From NCBI RefSeq assembly GCF_009914755.1, contig NC_060926.1: a DNA stretch of 64,000 nucleotides; one strand, written 5' to 3'. The notes under the pieces were generated by a model. The model was not told the origin of the DNA and did not search any database. It saw only the letters and a list, made by a program, of their open reading frames with translations. Origin of the DNA: the human T2T-CHM13v2.0 reference genome, Homo sapiens. Numbering within the stretch: position 1 is the stretch's first letter; each line of letters starts with the position of its first letter. Made by a program: the position numbers and the translations under genes. Shown here in pieces: positions 1-41,600 of the stretch.

Positions 1-737
1 CAGACACACACAGATGGGGTGAAGACCTCTGTCCCTCCTGCATGCCTGTCATACTACCCCTTAGGATGCCCAAGGAAACAAGCTCTTGGCCTGTTATACT
101 TGTGTATAATATGTTTCCTCAGCTAATTTTCAGCTTGACTGTGATTATAGTAACAGCTGCAGCCTAGCCAAAAAGGAAAGAAAAGAAAGCAAGGTGAAGA
201 TGTATTTCTTTTTCTTTCAGGGCTACAGGGCAAGATCCTAAATATACAATGGTATCACTCAGGTGAATTCCACTGTCAAACTAGACAACATTTCTTAATT
301 TAATATCTTTTAGAATAAAAAAACAAAGAACAAAAAACAAGTTAGGCTCCCAGCTCAACAACAGCTTAGTATCATGTTACATGCAACCTTCCATGGTCAA
401 AGTCCTCACCTGCATCTCTATCCTATGCCTGCCTTAATCAGATATTTCAACAGGGTGACTCCTTGAGAGAAAAAGTGGCAAGTGCTCTTTGGACTAAGGA
501 GGAAGAAAGCCCTGCATTTGTTTTTTTGTTTGTTTGTTTGTTTTGTTTAGTTTTTTGCTACTAAACATCAGACACTCGGGGCTGACAGAAAGCAGTTAAA
601 AGTGAACTGAGCCCTATCAATGATAATTGCCATCTTAGAACGTGGGGTTTGCAGAAAGTGGTATCAGACTATTAATGCCTTTCACTAGCTCCCCACTAAC
701 TCGGATTCTTTCCCCACCCCCACAAGTGGTCACGCAC

Positions 738-864
738 TGATGGCCCTGAAGTAACAGCGTCCGGCCTTTCCTTCCTCCGATGTCCCACATGATGATGCTG
801 TTGTCAGATGCTCCTGAGAAGAGTAACCGCTGAATAGGGTCCCACCAGAGGCAGGCGACACTAC
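738..864 (-). CDS. WDFY1: WDFY1 exon 7 (GSVACLWWDPIQRLLFSGASDNSIIMWDIGGRKGRTLLLQGH); gene continues beyond window start
   Basis: Acceptor (tc)n-acaaatccctag, donor CA|GTGCGT; 127 nt; WD40 repeat seen in ORF 635..1033. Confidence 0.96.
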
Positions 865-1109
865 CTAGGGATTTGTGAGAGAGAGAGAGAGAGGGAGGCA
901 GGGGAGAAGTAAAATATAACTCTACATCAGGACGTATACATTTGACAGCTGAAGACCAAACTAGGAGCAGCTGAGTCTTTAAGCAAAAAGGTATCTTCAT
1001 GGTGTACAACAGGTCATTCAACCATGCTATCATGAGTCATACAGAAGACACAGCACCATTATCCACAGTCATAAGATTACAATTTTCAATTGTGCATCAA
1101 ACTACTTTG

Positions 1110-1577
<468 letters not shown>

Positions 1578-2560
1578 CTACACAAGATAAAAAAATCTAG
1601 ATTATTCTGGGTCTCTGGGACATGGCAGGTGTTTTACCCCAAGATGTCTATGTTTAAGCAAATTACATTAAGTACCACAGAAAAAAGTCTGTTGTACACT
1701 ACATAATTATGCCAAGTAATTTATGTGAAAAATCTGAACTTCACATTTCATACTTTATATTGGCTAACTTATCAAATTTGAAACCCTTGGGGAAATCTTT
1801 CTTTCTACAGGTATATCTTTCAGTAGGTCCTTTCCTTGTTCATCGACTGCTGTTTGTCTAGAAGAAACATTAATCAACTTAGTAAAACTGAACCAGCCAC
1901 ACAAGCTAATAATAATTTTGGTAGGTATATAGAAAATTAATTATGCCATATTCAAAAGCAAACAGAAACTACTTTATCACATACACTTTCCAAAAACAGA
2001 ACAAAAGTAGAAACAAATATTCTGCAAAGGCTTCAGGGGTTACTTTCACATGACTTTCGACCCTGTGTAATCTATGTGCCATCCATTTCAGTTAGAGGCT
2101 TAAGAGCAGATAAATACGGTCTTTCAGCATGAAAACCAGTACCCATTCTGGTAGTTACTAGAACCCATTCTGCCTTTAGCAACCCTGAAAAAACTGGCGA
2201 GCCTGGGGGTCATGAGAGAATTAGTCATAAACAGAAAGTGGTTTCTTCACGGGCCTCTGCTTTCCTGCCCAAAGCTATTTTAACTTGCTGTTCTCTTTTC
2301 TTCTTTTCCCCTACAGGGTCCTTGATTTGATATACTCCATTTCACCTAAATAGATTACATAGAAAGCATAGTGTACATTTATTATAACTTGTTACAACTG
2401 AAACGCTTACTATGGTCATAAATAAGTCCATCATTGATTCTTTCAGCAACTCCCCAGTTCTCCATAAACCAGATGGCCTCAAAGCTTGTACTTTGTGACA
2501 TATATCAGAATGTGATCTTGTGATCTGTATGAAAACTGCAATCCATTACAGCTTAGCATC

Positions 2561-3307
<747 letters not shown>

Positions 3308-3563
3308 GCATCTAATGAAACCTCTTTATTACACATGTGTATGTGGCGAGTCACTCAATACAATCAATGGACTTTAAAAACCCCTCCACAGAGCTTCACC
3401 AACCCACTGCACTACAGAAATGAAATTCCACCCAGTAATTCTTTTCCCTCAGTCCCTACACAGGGTATGTTTCCCAAGCAGAGGCTGAACCAGCCCACAC
3501 ATTTCTTCTAATTGTATTTATCAGGTCTTGCTCAGGGGCTTAGAAACTGACAAATTTTTTTAA

Positions 3564-6428
<2,865 letters not shown>

Positions 6429-6579
6429 TGCAGACACGAAGCCCAGGACGTGAAGAAGTGCCTCCCGAGCATGTTCCCGCTCCGCGTGCACATCCAGCTC
6501 ACACACTTGTCGTGGCCGGTACTGATCACCCACTCTGTGGCCAAGCTGAAGATAATCGCAGACACCCGGTTCTGATGAG
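6429..6579 (-). CDS. WDFY1: WDFY1 exon 5 (AHQNRVSAIIFSLATEWVISTGHDKCVSWMCTRSGNMLGRHFFTSWASCLQ)
   Basis: Acceptor ctttctgttcctgcag; donor CA|GTATCTTT (U12-type); 151 nt; WD40 sequence seen in ORF 6332..6625. Confidence 0.97.
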
Positions 6580-7524
6580 CTGCAGGAACAGAAAGGTGAA
6601 CAGATGTCATCTCCAGAAACAGCACTCTATGGGGAAGAACTGAGGCTCAACCTCTCAATCTGCTCAGCCAGGGCACAGCTGTGTACAAGAGTGTACTGGA
6701 AATGCCTGTCCTCTGTGAGTATATTTCAGACAACCCGCCCCAGCTCAACAACTCACTAGCACAGGCTCTCTCCAAGGCCGTGCCCTCTGCTCCCCACAGG
6801 CATGGCCACCAGAAGCTAGGAATCATTAAAGAGTAACGCTCAAGGAGAAATCAAATAATAGATTAGAGAACAGATTTTTTTTTTTTTTTGCTATGCTCAA
6901 GAGAACATTTTTACTTTGCTCTAAAAAACTGTATGAACAAGAACCATGTGGAAAGCAGCAGTTGTAACAGTGCAATGTTTTAATCGTCTGTAACTTCAGT
7001 GTTTTGAACCTTCAGAAAACACTGGCATTCTAAGTAAGAGCAATGGCAGTTTTCTAAAATTAAAAAATGGTGTTATGTGTTTGGTTTCTGGAATACTTTT
7101 TATCAGTGTGTAACATTTTATTATTTACAAAGACAAAGCTTTTGTAAAGTTCTCTGTTCCAAAATAACAGCTGAGAATGAGGAAGGTATTCTGTCTGTTA
7201 CCTAACTCTGGAAATATTTCCAGGTCAATTATAAGCCACACCGGGGCAGTGTAACCTGCCTTCAACTTCATCTGGTACAGAACTTTGCATGTAGTAGATG
7301 TTTAATAAGCATCCAGTCTGATGAATGAAGTCAAAGGCCTGACAGAGAAACTGCTGACCTTGCTCTCAGCTGTACAGACTGCTTAGGAAGAACTGAGGGA
7401 CTCTCCCCAAAAGTCTACGTGCAGGTCAGATTCATCCACTGCTAAAAGGTTACACTGAACAATTAAATACTCATGAAGGATTCTGAAACTTAAAGGATGT
7501 TATGATAGCTATTAATCTTAAATT

Positions 7525-10760
<3,236 letters not shown>

Positions 10761-11192
10761 AAACAATGAATTATAGGATTAGAGTCAGAATAACAGTGGA
10801 GAATACCCACACACACACACGTGTATATACTTATTCAATACACACACACAATGTGTATACACATATCAAAAAATTGTACACTCAGTTATATACACACACA
10901 TACATGTATGAAGAGTAATGTGTGTTATCAAAAAAAAAATGGAAGCAGTACACATATCCAATAATAAAAGAATGGTTAATTAAATCTGATACATGTGCCT
11001 GATATACAAAATTTTAAATGTTAATGAGCAAGAAAAAGCTGAAATATCACTAAAAGACAAGTCTCTTGCATAGTGGGGGTAACAAAACTAAAAAGTTAAT
11101 GTGAAAATCTAATTTTCATCATAAGAGATGATGTTCTAGTTTTGTGTATGTCTACATGTATGTGTACGCAAGATAATGTGTATTATAATTAC

Positions 11193-11247
11193 CTGGGTAG
11201 GTCTTGATAAAGTTCATTTTATTAAAATCTTCAGAAACGTGAAATTC
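11193..11247 (-). CDS. WDFY1: WDFY1 exon 4 (EFHVSEDFNKMNFIKTYP)
   Basis: Acceptor catttgcttttag, donor CAG|GTAATT; 55 nt; in phase. Confidence 0.96.
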
Positions 11248-11778
11248 CTAAAAGCAAATGCACAAAATAAAAAATTAAAAGAGTTATGGTTTTAAAAAAC
11301 AACAGAAATTTGACTTTCAAAAATGAAGTAAAATCCAAAAATGATTATCACAAGACCTAGGACTTAAGGCGAGTTATTTAGGAATGATATGAATTGCTTC
11401 TTTCACCAGACCTGTCCTCAGGCCAACATTGTTTGGGAGAACAGACCGAATTGAATAAAGTAAGTGCTGCTGATCAGCATGGGATTTGTGTCCACTTCTT
11501 CCTGCCCAGATCAGCACTCCATATTCCTTCTCCCTCCTACTACAAAACTTTATTCTCTTAGTGACACAAAAAATCCCTCAAGACACTGCATATTAAAGCA
11601 AAACTGCAAAGACCCCTCACTAACAGAGCTCTCAGCTACAGTAAAAACAGGGCACTGGGTAGCTCAGCAATTTAGTGGGGGAAAGTACACCTATTTAATA
11701 TACAAACACAACAACAACAAAAGAGAAATTTTGAGATTGTGGGTGGTTTTTGTCTTTTTATGATCCCATATTTTCCAA

Positions 11779-13393
<1,615 letters not shown>

Positions 13394-13479
13394 CAAGGCT
13401 GCTTCTTTCATTAAAAAATAAATACATAAATAAAAACAATGAAACTCTCATAACTATACTTCTACTTTCCTTGACCCCT

Positions 13480-15330
13480 TCTCAGCCAAAAGCTTCTCTA
13501 ATGACCAGACCACTCTGGTTACCCTCAGGCTCTCTGGCTCCCACATCTCCCAGTCACACTTCAGTCCATGGCTCACCAGGGCTACCCCACTGCATGGAAA
13601 GGCTCTTCTTGTTATCAGCAGCTGTCTTCTACGTGCCATCCCAAAGGCACTAGCCAGGCCCAATTTCATCCTCTCCCTCCTGCCCTTGACACCTTTACTC
13701 ACCTCCTCCCTGAAACTCACTGCCCTCCAGCTTCCGTGGCTGCACTGTCCTGGCTGGCTCTCCTCCCACTTTGCCCATTCTTCCTATCTCTCCTTTAGGC
13801 TCCCAGTCCTCTGGCTTTTCTTTAAATATTGACATTTCCCTAGGAATGTGACCTTGGCCCTCTGCTTTTCTCAATCTACCTGCTCTCTCTAGTTCACGGC
13901 AGCCACCGTTGTAGTTTCCACTGACGTCTATGTTCAGGGAACTCCCAACCCCTGCCCAGACCAAACCCTGAGGTTCCAGCACACACACCCAAGGTCGGTT
14001 CTCAAAACTGAACTCATCACCTTTCCCCAAAAAAGATCAGCATCTTTTCTGTCTCTGAAGACAGCTAACTCCTGGCTAGAAACCTGAAAGTCATCTTAAA
14101 GCTGCTCCCTATTTCAACACACACCTTTATTCACACACCCAGCCCTGCTTCCCGGACAGTTCTTGAGGCCACAGCCTCTTCTCCATCACCACCCCAGTAT
14201 TTCATGATTTCACACTGGGGTCCGGAGGCAGCCTCCTAACTGGCACCTGCACTTTCAGCCTTGTCCCTTCAAAGCCTGCTACAAATTTCTGAGCTCACAA
14301 AAACCAGAAACCTGCTCCTGCTCCTCAGAGGTTTTAGCAAAACCATGTAGTTTCCCTAAAGCACTTGACCCTAGGGTTCATCTAGAGGACTTGCTACTTA
14401 TTATACAGATCCCCAGGCCCCTCCCTAGTGATTCCGAAGCTCTAGGTCTGGCATAGAGCCGGGGAATCTGTATTTTAGTAAGTTCCCTCAATGATTGGCG
14501 TGACTATGCAAGGTCAGGAAATTCAGCTTACATAAGGTGGTCTGGGCCCCTTAAAGTCACACTCAAGGATCATCATTTCCCCTCCTCCCTGGCTGGCCTC
14601 CCCTTTGACCCCACTCCAAAACAGTGTCATTATTTAGGCAGCAGGTCTGGGCCCTGACTTCTTTCATTCCCTCCCCAGCTACTCACAGTCATTCTTGTGG
14701 CTTGAAAAATGACCTGATGATGATGCCCTCTGCCCAGACCTCTCCGGGACTCGTTTTGTTTATCCTGTGCCAACTTCACATGGCCAGTTGGAAGCTCACT
14801 GGTATCTTAAACTAGGCTGGCTCTCACTGTCCCCTCTCCCTCCAACTGCCTCCCCCACCCAGCCTTACCCTTCTCAGCGAACAATACTACTTCCTACCCA
14901 GCTGCTCAAGCCAAAAACCTGGCTGTCATCCGACTTCTCTTCCTCTCCTCTACACAGCCAACTTATCTCAGATGTCTCCAAGACTTATCTCAACTCAAGT
15001 CCATCCATTTGTCCTTCTTCATGGCCACCGTCCCTTCACCCAGGCCGCTAAAACAATCTGATTCTCCCACCGCCACTCTGGCCGTGCCTCAATCTGTTCT
15101 CCACCCAGTAGCTAGGGGGATCTTCGAAAAATGTAAATTACATCATGCTATTCATCTGCTGAAAACACTTTAACAGCTTCTCACTGCAATTACAATAAAA
15201 TTTAAAGCTTTACCCAGACCTACAAGACCTTGCATGACCCGGCCTCTGCCCAATTCTCCAATTGCCCTAGGGTGCCCTCCCTATATAGCCCTGCACCATC
15301 AAGCCACTATAACATTGACTTCTGGAAACT
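13480..15330 (+). mobile_element. L2 fragments with an internal MER5-like element (~14350-14520)
   Basis: C/T-rich L2 3'-region motifs (ctcaaaactgaactcatcacctttcccc, ctcaagccaaaaacctgg). Confidence 0.7.
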
Positions 15331-15359
15331 CTTCCCTGGCTCTCTGCCTGGCTGGCTCT

Positions 15360-16680
15360 GTGACAAAGATGCCAAAAAACTTAAATGGGGAAAAAAAAAA
15401 TAGTCTTTTAAACAATTGGTGCTGGGATAACTGGAGGTCCACATACAGAAGAATAAATGTGGAACCCCTCCCTGATACCACTATAGGAATTAACTTACAA
15501 TAAATCAAAGATCTAAATGTAAAGCTAAACTATAAAACTCTCAGAAGAAAATACAGGTGTAAATCTTGATTTACACCTATCTTTACAGATATAAATGACC
15601 TTGGATTAGGCAATAGTTTCTTAGATATGGTATCTAAAGCTTAAGTAGCCAAAAACAAAAAAGATAAATTGGACTTCACCAAACTTAAAAAAAAAAAAAA
15701 AGTAAAAAGGCAGCTCTTAGGAGAAGATATTTGCAGATCATATATCTGATAAGGGTCTAGTATCTAACATACAGAAAAAAACTCTTACAACTCAACAATT
15801 AAAAAATACTCTATTAAAAATGGGCAAAGGACTTCAATAGATATTTCTCCAAAGAAGATATAAATGACCAACAAGTACCTAAGAAGATCCTCTACATCAC
15901 TAGTCATTAGGAAAACGCGAATCAAAACCACAATCTGGTACCATTTCACACCCCCCAAGATGACCATAACAAAAACAAAGCAAAACAAAACAAGCAGAAA
16001 ATAACAAGTGTTAGCAAGGATTTGGAGAGCCGGAAACCTTGCGTGTTGCTGGTGAGAATGTAAATGGTGCAGCCACTATGGAAAACAGTTTCATAGTTGC
16101 TTACAAGTTCAATATAGTCACCATATGACCCAGCAATTCCACTCCTAGGTATACATACCCAAGAGAATAGAAAAAAATATGTCCATGCAAAAACATGTAC
16201 ATGAATTTTCATAGCAACGTTATTGATAATAGCCAAAAAGTGAAAACAACCCAAATGTCTATCAACTAATAAACGGATCAACCAAGTGCAGTATAGAATG
16301 CTATTCCACTGCAAAAATAATTAATTAATTCAAACAGGCATGAACCTTGAAAACATTATGTTAAGTGAAAGACAGACATAAAAGGCCACACATATTGTAT
16401 GAGTCTATTTATATAAAGTGTCTAAAATAGGCAAATCCTTGGATTCAGTAAATTAGTGATTTCCAGGAGCTGGGGGAAGGGGCAATGGAGAGTGACTGCT
16501 AATGGGTATGGGATTTTTTTTCAGGGAGGGGTGATGAAAATATTCTGGAATTAGAGAATGGTGGTAATGGTTGCACGATCTTATGAATATGCTACAAGAC
16601 CACACAATTATATACTTTAAAATGGTAAATATAATTATGTTATTTAAGTTATATTTCAATTAAGAAAAAATAAATGTATG
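15360..16680 (+). mobile_element. Old L1 (L1MA/L1MB-type) ORF2 3' end and 3' UTR
   Basis: aacaattggtgctgggataactgg, gacccagcaattccactcctaggtata, accttgaaaacattatgttaagtgaaa. Confidence 0.88.
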
Positions 16681-16804
16681 CATACAATTTGACGCACAAA
16701 AATGCCAGTCTATAACAGACTAGAAACTTGAATATCAGGTCCTTTGCCAAAGATAGTTTGAGAAGTATTGCCTTAAAGAGTTCTGTGAGTTGCTAGCTGA
16801 ATGA

Positions 16805-16805
<1 letters not shown>

Positions 16806-16844
<39 letters not shown>
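16806..16844. repeat. (CA)n microsatellite
   Basis: About 19 perfect CA units. Confidence 0.95.
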
Positions 16845-16849
<5 letters not shown>

Positions 16850-17047
16850 GACAGAGGCTCTCCACCATCACGGCTAAGGGATGGGGGCTGCTATAGGTGA
16901 CGTATTCACTCTATGAAGGCTATGATCTGTGGGTCAGCCCGAGCACCCAGCTATCAATTACGACAGCATTCTGAGCTCCAAGGAACTAGTTTAAAATTAA
17001 GCAATAATTTAATCCATTTTTGACCTAATATCTATACTGAATTAAAC

Positions 17048-19530
<2,483 letters not shown>

Positions 19531-19559
19531 AAGTCAATGAACTTTTAAAAAGCCATCAC

Positions 19560-19860
19560 TGCAGTCCAAAATCAAATGTTTAAAACTTTGGATCACACCA
19601 GAAGGCCAAATTCAGCTGACTGCATGTTTTGTTAATAAATAGTTTTTTTTTCCTTTGGAACATAAACCCTTTCATTTATGATTGCTTGCATGCTACATTT
19701 ATATATAACTTATGATTGCTCACATGCAATATTTATGTCTTGTTTATGACTCCTTGCATGATAGGAAGGCAGAATTGAGTAAGTGCCACAGAGATTGGCC
19801 CACATAGTCCAAATGTTTACTGTCTGGCCCTTTGCATAAAAAGTTTGTAGACCTACCCAT
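19560..19860. mobile_element. MER58-like hAT MITE
   Basis: ggccaaattcagc...tttactgtctggcccttt...aaaaagtttg. Confidence 0.65.
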
Positions 19861-22009
19861 CACTGTGGTGAGAAGCATAGGTTTGGAGTCATAGATGAGC
19901 ATGGATTGGAATTCCAATGACAAGCAATCAACCCTTCTAACCTCAGCTTGCTTATTCACAAAATGGTAAAAATATTATCTGCCTTGCATAGCTGTTGTGA
20001 TGGTTTCATAAAATTATATTACCAAAAAAAGGCATGAAGTACACAGTAAAGATAGAAGCCAAGAGTTACCATTTTTCTTCAGCTAAAGCAGATTCTGAAA
20101 GTTTTTTTTTTATGTGAGGTAATGTTATAGAACACAATTGGACTGCATATAGCAATATACTAAGGCTTGGCTTATTGATCACTCTGTCAAGTCACAGGAA
20201 AAAGTTTAAATTGGTGGATATAACCACTAAGACATCCTAAATTGGATAATCTGCGGATAGCTTTTAGAACTAACATGGCATCCTTCTTTTTGTATCCTAA
20301 ATTTAATTTTGAAATAAAAAGTCATTCTAAAACAGACATGCAGTTATTTCTCACAATGCATTCACTCTGTTTTCTTCTTGTGGTGTATCTGCAGTTTTAT
20401 CAGCAGATACAGGTCCAAATAGAAGCAATAAAGAAGCATCTAGAAGTAACACACTGAACATGTGCAGATACAAACATGTAGGTGTCGACCACCCACGGCG
20501 AAGCTGTGTCTGTTCTTTCAAGTTCCTCCTTCTTGAGCTAGAAGCTCCTTCAGGAGGGGACAGTTAAGCCAAGTTAGAAAAGGCTGAAGACAGAGAGATC
20601 CACTGCCACTTGCCCGAGATCTAACAGCCAAGAGAACACACACATTTCTACTGCTAGGTTTTGGTGTCCTGGGAGAGAAATTAATTACAAAGTTGTACTA
20701 TTTGGGGGAAATGCAAGTCAAGGAGTAACTGAACCAAATATGGGACAAAATCCCTCTAGTCTCTGTCTCTATTCTAATGAGCATGAATTTCAAGGTTAAG
20801 GACTCAGGGAGATTAAGCTATGACCAAAATGCTAATGATGGAGGAAGGGAAGAGTGGGAAGCATAAGAGCCATAGTATTAACAAAATTTTCCCCAATGAT
20901 GACAAAACATTTCCCAGCACTGATACGCGTTCCTCAGGCTGTTGCTACTTCCAACTCTCAGATCTATCTCTGGGCCACTGGAAAGTAAGGAGTTAGCCTA
21001 ACAGAAGTCTTTTTGGGAGACTGGGGCAGGTTGGGTAACAGGTGGGCTCAGAGACCCAGGATGTCCCACCTATCTCTGCCCTGCTGCCAAAATTTCCAAA
21101 GTAAATTTATCAGACAGGCTCCATAAGCACCTTCACTAAGACATTGGTTACTTCATATCTCAAGGTGAGAATTTAGTGTGAGAACCAAGGTTACGCATCC
21201 ACAGTACATGCAGACATGGGTAACAGAAGAGATGCCACTGCTTGGCACAATAAATTATGATCAGGTTTTCAAGAAGTCTTCAAATGTCTTATGTATTATA
21301 AGCCTTTACTCTTCCTTTCATAATAGTTATCTTTATACCAGGGTTCCAAAAGGTCTCTCTCAATTTCACTGAATGACTACCAAGACAAAGAAGCTGGCCA
21401 GCCTGCCCAGGCTGTTGGTAGAAGGCAGAAAAATAAAAAATCCTAATAAACTACTAACTTTTTGTGAAAATTATTACAGAATCTAAATGCTGCATGCACA
21501 ATGAAATAGGTATAAAGGAGAAAGTGCTACCAGAGGAGAGAGGTGCCTGAAAGGATGACTCAAGCTGATGAGATGCAGTTTGCTGAATAACTGGCTGCTC
21601 TGTCTTTATAACAAACTCCACAGCCCTGGAATACCTCTTAAGAAAGCAGTGGACAGCATCAGCAGCATCTGCAACCACTGTCAAGAGCTCTTCTTTGGAA
21701 AACTTGATAATGGTCTTCAGTAACAAATCATCACGCATGCACTAAAGCCTTTTTTCTTTTCTTAGGGGGTTGTCCTCTGTGTATTAAAACCCTTAACTGA
21801 AGAAAATCACTGATTAAGGACGAAACCTCAAGGAAATTAGCAGCTACAGAGGCCTCCTGTCTGGCTACTTGGCATAACGGAGTTGACTCCCCATTTGAAC
21901 TTTGATGACATCCAGGCATTCTCTACAGGGCTTTCTTTTCAGGAAAGGTTGAAGAAAGGAAGTGGGAGACAAGGATGGTGACGCTGCTTAGATTCACATG
22001 AAGGGCTAA

Positions 22010-24908
<2,899 letters not shown>

Positions 24909-25048
24909 ATTTTTGTATTTCTAACGGCAATGTAGATTCTGGCATAAGTAGGAGCTGAATAAATGCTTACACCCTTAACCTAAAATACATGAAGCCTAAA
25001 TATTGATACCATATGTTTCCAGTTTTGAGGCCTAGACAAGTAAAACTG

Positions 25049-26225
25049 GGTGGTGGGATGCATAGGCAGCGTGTCCTGGAGGCAGCGTCCTCCCTGACCC
25101 TTGAGACCAGGGAGACCCTCACACACCCTGACCATAGCACTTCCCAGGAGGTTCATCCACTCTCCTCGACACAGTGCCAATTACCACAAGGCCTGCAAGC
25201 CAGACCCATGCAAGCACAAGGCAGAAACCATTTGTTTGTGGCAATGAAGGGCATGATAAGACCTTCGTCAGGGACTCCCACCTGAGTCCCCACGTCCTCA
25301 TTCACACTGGAGGAAAGCTGTGCGGCTGGTGGCTATAAGCACAAATTCAACACAAAATCAAACTTGAAGAAATATTTTCAATGCAAACTTGAAAATGCAC
25401 AAAGACAACAGGTATGCGATTTGAAGGCTGTCAGAAGATCTTTAAGAAGCATCAGCAGCTGGACATCCACCAGGGCCAGCACACCAGTGACCCGCTGCTC
25501 AAGTGTGCCCAGGGGGATCAGGAAGCACCCACTGCACCCAGCAGGCTGGGCCCACGCGGCCAGGCCCATGAGGGCTGCACAGTATATAGCAAAGGGATGT
25601 TCCCTGGTGGCCAAAACATAGAACTTCTGAAACATGAGAGAAACTCCTAAGAAGGAAATATTAATAACATGTGCAGTATGCCAGAAAATATTTACATGGA
25701 AAGATGATTTTCAGCAGCACATGAAAACATATCCAAGAAAGAGACATGGGTTGCTGCCCAAGAGAAGAACAGGGTGGAACCTGCACAGCTGTATGTAACC
25801 TCCAGAGCCACAGTCTCCTTTCAGGAGTAAGAGTGCCCTGTTGTGTGTGAACACGCCGGCTGTGGGAAACCTTGCAGGAAACCTTGCAATAAAACAAAGT
25901 CTCACCAGGCATGGCTGGTGCACGATCCTGAGGAGAAAATGGAGCTCAAAGTAAAACCATCTCGTGAAAAATGGAGTTTGGCCCTTGCCTCAGTGGATGC
26001 ATCCCTCCTCAAGGGAAAAAGATGGGCAAGGCTTATCTTTGCTTAAATCAGAGAGTGGCTGAACCGTACGGAAGACAAGGTACTCTCGACAGTGGCTATC
26101 CTCGCCTTCAGCTAAGCATCACATCGCTTTGTTTACAGGACTGCGGACCAGTGGGCCTGGTTACCTTCCCTCAGAAGTCTGTTTTTCTTTATTAAAATCA
26201 CTGATGTAAAACAACAACAAAAAAT
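25049..26225 (+). pseudogene. GTF3A (TFIIIA) processed pseudogene, antisense in WDFY1 intron 1 (possibly GTF3AP3)
   Basis: Intronless, frameshifted TFIIIA-like peptides (KFNTKSNLKK, FKKHQQLDIHQGQHT, KGCSLVAKT, CEHAGCGK, KMELKVKPSREKWSLA, EDKVLSTVAILAFS* with stop at 26113-26115); ATTAAA at 26191; A-rich tail; 13-bp TSD acaagt(a/c)aaactg. Confidence 0.93.
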
Positions 26226-26830
26226 ACAAGTCAAACTGATCAGAGACCAGAGGGACAATCAGAATAGTGGTTGCTTCTGGGGTAAGAGGAGGACTGAATG
26301 CAATCAGAAGAGAGAAAACTTTCTAGGGGAACATCAAGGCTCCGGGTGTTGGTAACCATGGATATATGTATTTGTTAGAACCTGTCCAACTCTACCCAAG
26401 ATCTGTACACACTATTATATATGATTAAAAGTAAAACTAGTAGTTGGTCTTTATTTATCCAAACAAATAAGATGACCTAGCACCACAGTGAGATTAATGC
26501 TATTCTGTATGTGAACTGGATAGAAACAAGCCTTAGGGCTAACACAACTGGATTAATCCTTTAGATCCACCAACCAATTGATAGGAAATACAGAGGACAT
26601 GGGAACATACTGAGCACCATTCAGCAAAGTCAAGACTGCAGGAAACTCCATAGAGAAATGACTCACTTTCTTCTACAAATAATTTGCAAGGGAAAAAAAA
26701 ATAGAGAGGAAGAACAAACCTATGATTAAAGAGATTTTAGAGGTCTATCCAGCAATTAAAATAGGTAGACTTACTTAAATCCTAATTCAAACTAAAAGAT
26801 ATGTATAGATATTTGAGGATATTTTAAAGA
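26226..26830 (+). mobile_element. Old L1MC-type 3' UTR fragments (host of the GTF3A retrocopy)
   Basis: cagaatagtggttgcttctggg; caaataatttgcaagggaaaaaaa. Confidence 0.6.
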
Positions 26831-29896
<3,066 letters not shown>

Positions 29897-30490
29897 CCAT
29901 GACTTTATTTGTTTATCATTGTTCAGCACTGTAGATGATTCATTTATTTTCCAAGTAAATAAAATTCCAAAATTGATTCTTTTTTATGCTAAATGTTTCA
30001 GATTAAAATGTTTTTAAAATGTACTGCTGTGCAGGGAAAGCAAAGGAACAACTCAAAACAATAACAAAATGCCACTTCTAGGGCTCTCATACTTCTTTGT
30101 CAGAATTGTAAATTAGAACTAACTATTTGGCAAGAATTTTGCTCCAATATAGAGAGAAACAAATACACCTGCCCAATAATAATGACAACAACACTAATGA
30201 TAAACTTTGATTAAGGAATTCCAGGCTTGGAAATTGGTTCTATAGAAATCATTTAATAGAATAAAAAAGGAACTACAAATTTAAAAAACTTCATATAAGC
30301 TTTATCCAAGGAGTAAAAATGGGGAAAATATGTTAAAGAATGAAATGGGTTAATGATAGAGTAATTCAATAGCTTATATAATCATTACAAATAGTTATGA
30401 AGTCCTGGAGCCCCAATAAAATGTTTATGAAATGGTCAGCTTTTTTGTTCCTAAAAAAAAAAAAAAAGCATAACACAGAGATTATTATAA

Positions 30491-33540
<3,050 letters not shown>

Positions 33541-34396
33541 TATCAAATCATATAACTAAATTATGCAACCACACTACATCAGGCTGGGCAGGGCAGGTAG
33601 GGAGGCTGATAAAGGACAGGAGAAGGGGAGGAGAAGAGAACCCACCTCCAAGGCAGACAATGTCCTGGGCTCCTTGTGAGAACCCCAGAGAAAAGATACG
33701 GAGGCTGAGTTCTGGCAGAACAGCAGGATACCTGCTGACCGACCTCCCCAGTGAGCCACAATTAAACATTTTGCGCAATGAGCCTTGAGGCACTTAGGGA
33801 CTTATTTTATGTGGTTTTCAAGAGTGGCTACCTAAAATTCTACAAGTTAAAATGTTCCACTCCCTAAGAGTCTATCCTTTAAATTGCTGTCCCCACCAAA
33901 AGCAAAAACAGAAGTCATTGGAATCCGAAGCAATTTCAAATATAGTGGCACAACTTTCCTTTTTTCCATAAGGCAGATGCCAGAGGCTTCAGTTGTCCAT
34001 CGCTGAGTACACTCACCCTGGCCTATGCTGGCCTTCAAATGAACTTGTGCCTTGGGTCAGGCTTGGGATTCTGGAGCACCATCTGCCCCCAGTGAGTCTA
34101 TTAGTGGATTCAACGTGTCTGCAGATGTTATTGCAGGGGGGGTGAGAGAGCCCCAGGACCAAAAAGGAGACATGGACCTGGACACCAGACTAGAGGTGCC
34201 TGGGTAGCCAGGGGCCTTGATAGCATCGTTCCCAAAGGAGCAGTGAGCAGAAGGCAGAGCCAGCAGAGCTGGCCAAGACATCAGATGCAGAAGGACAGTG
34301 AAGGAGAAGATGCTCCCAAAAGGCACCTAGCTCTTGGGCCTGAAAGTTATAAGGCAATAAACTGTGCCTCTCCATCAGCATGTGTCCCTGTCTAAC

Positions 34397-41600
<7,204 letters not shown>

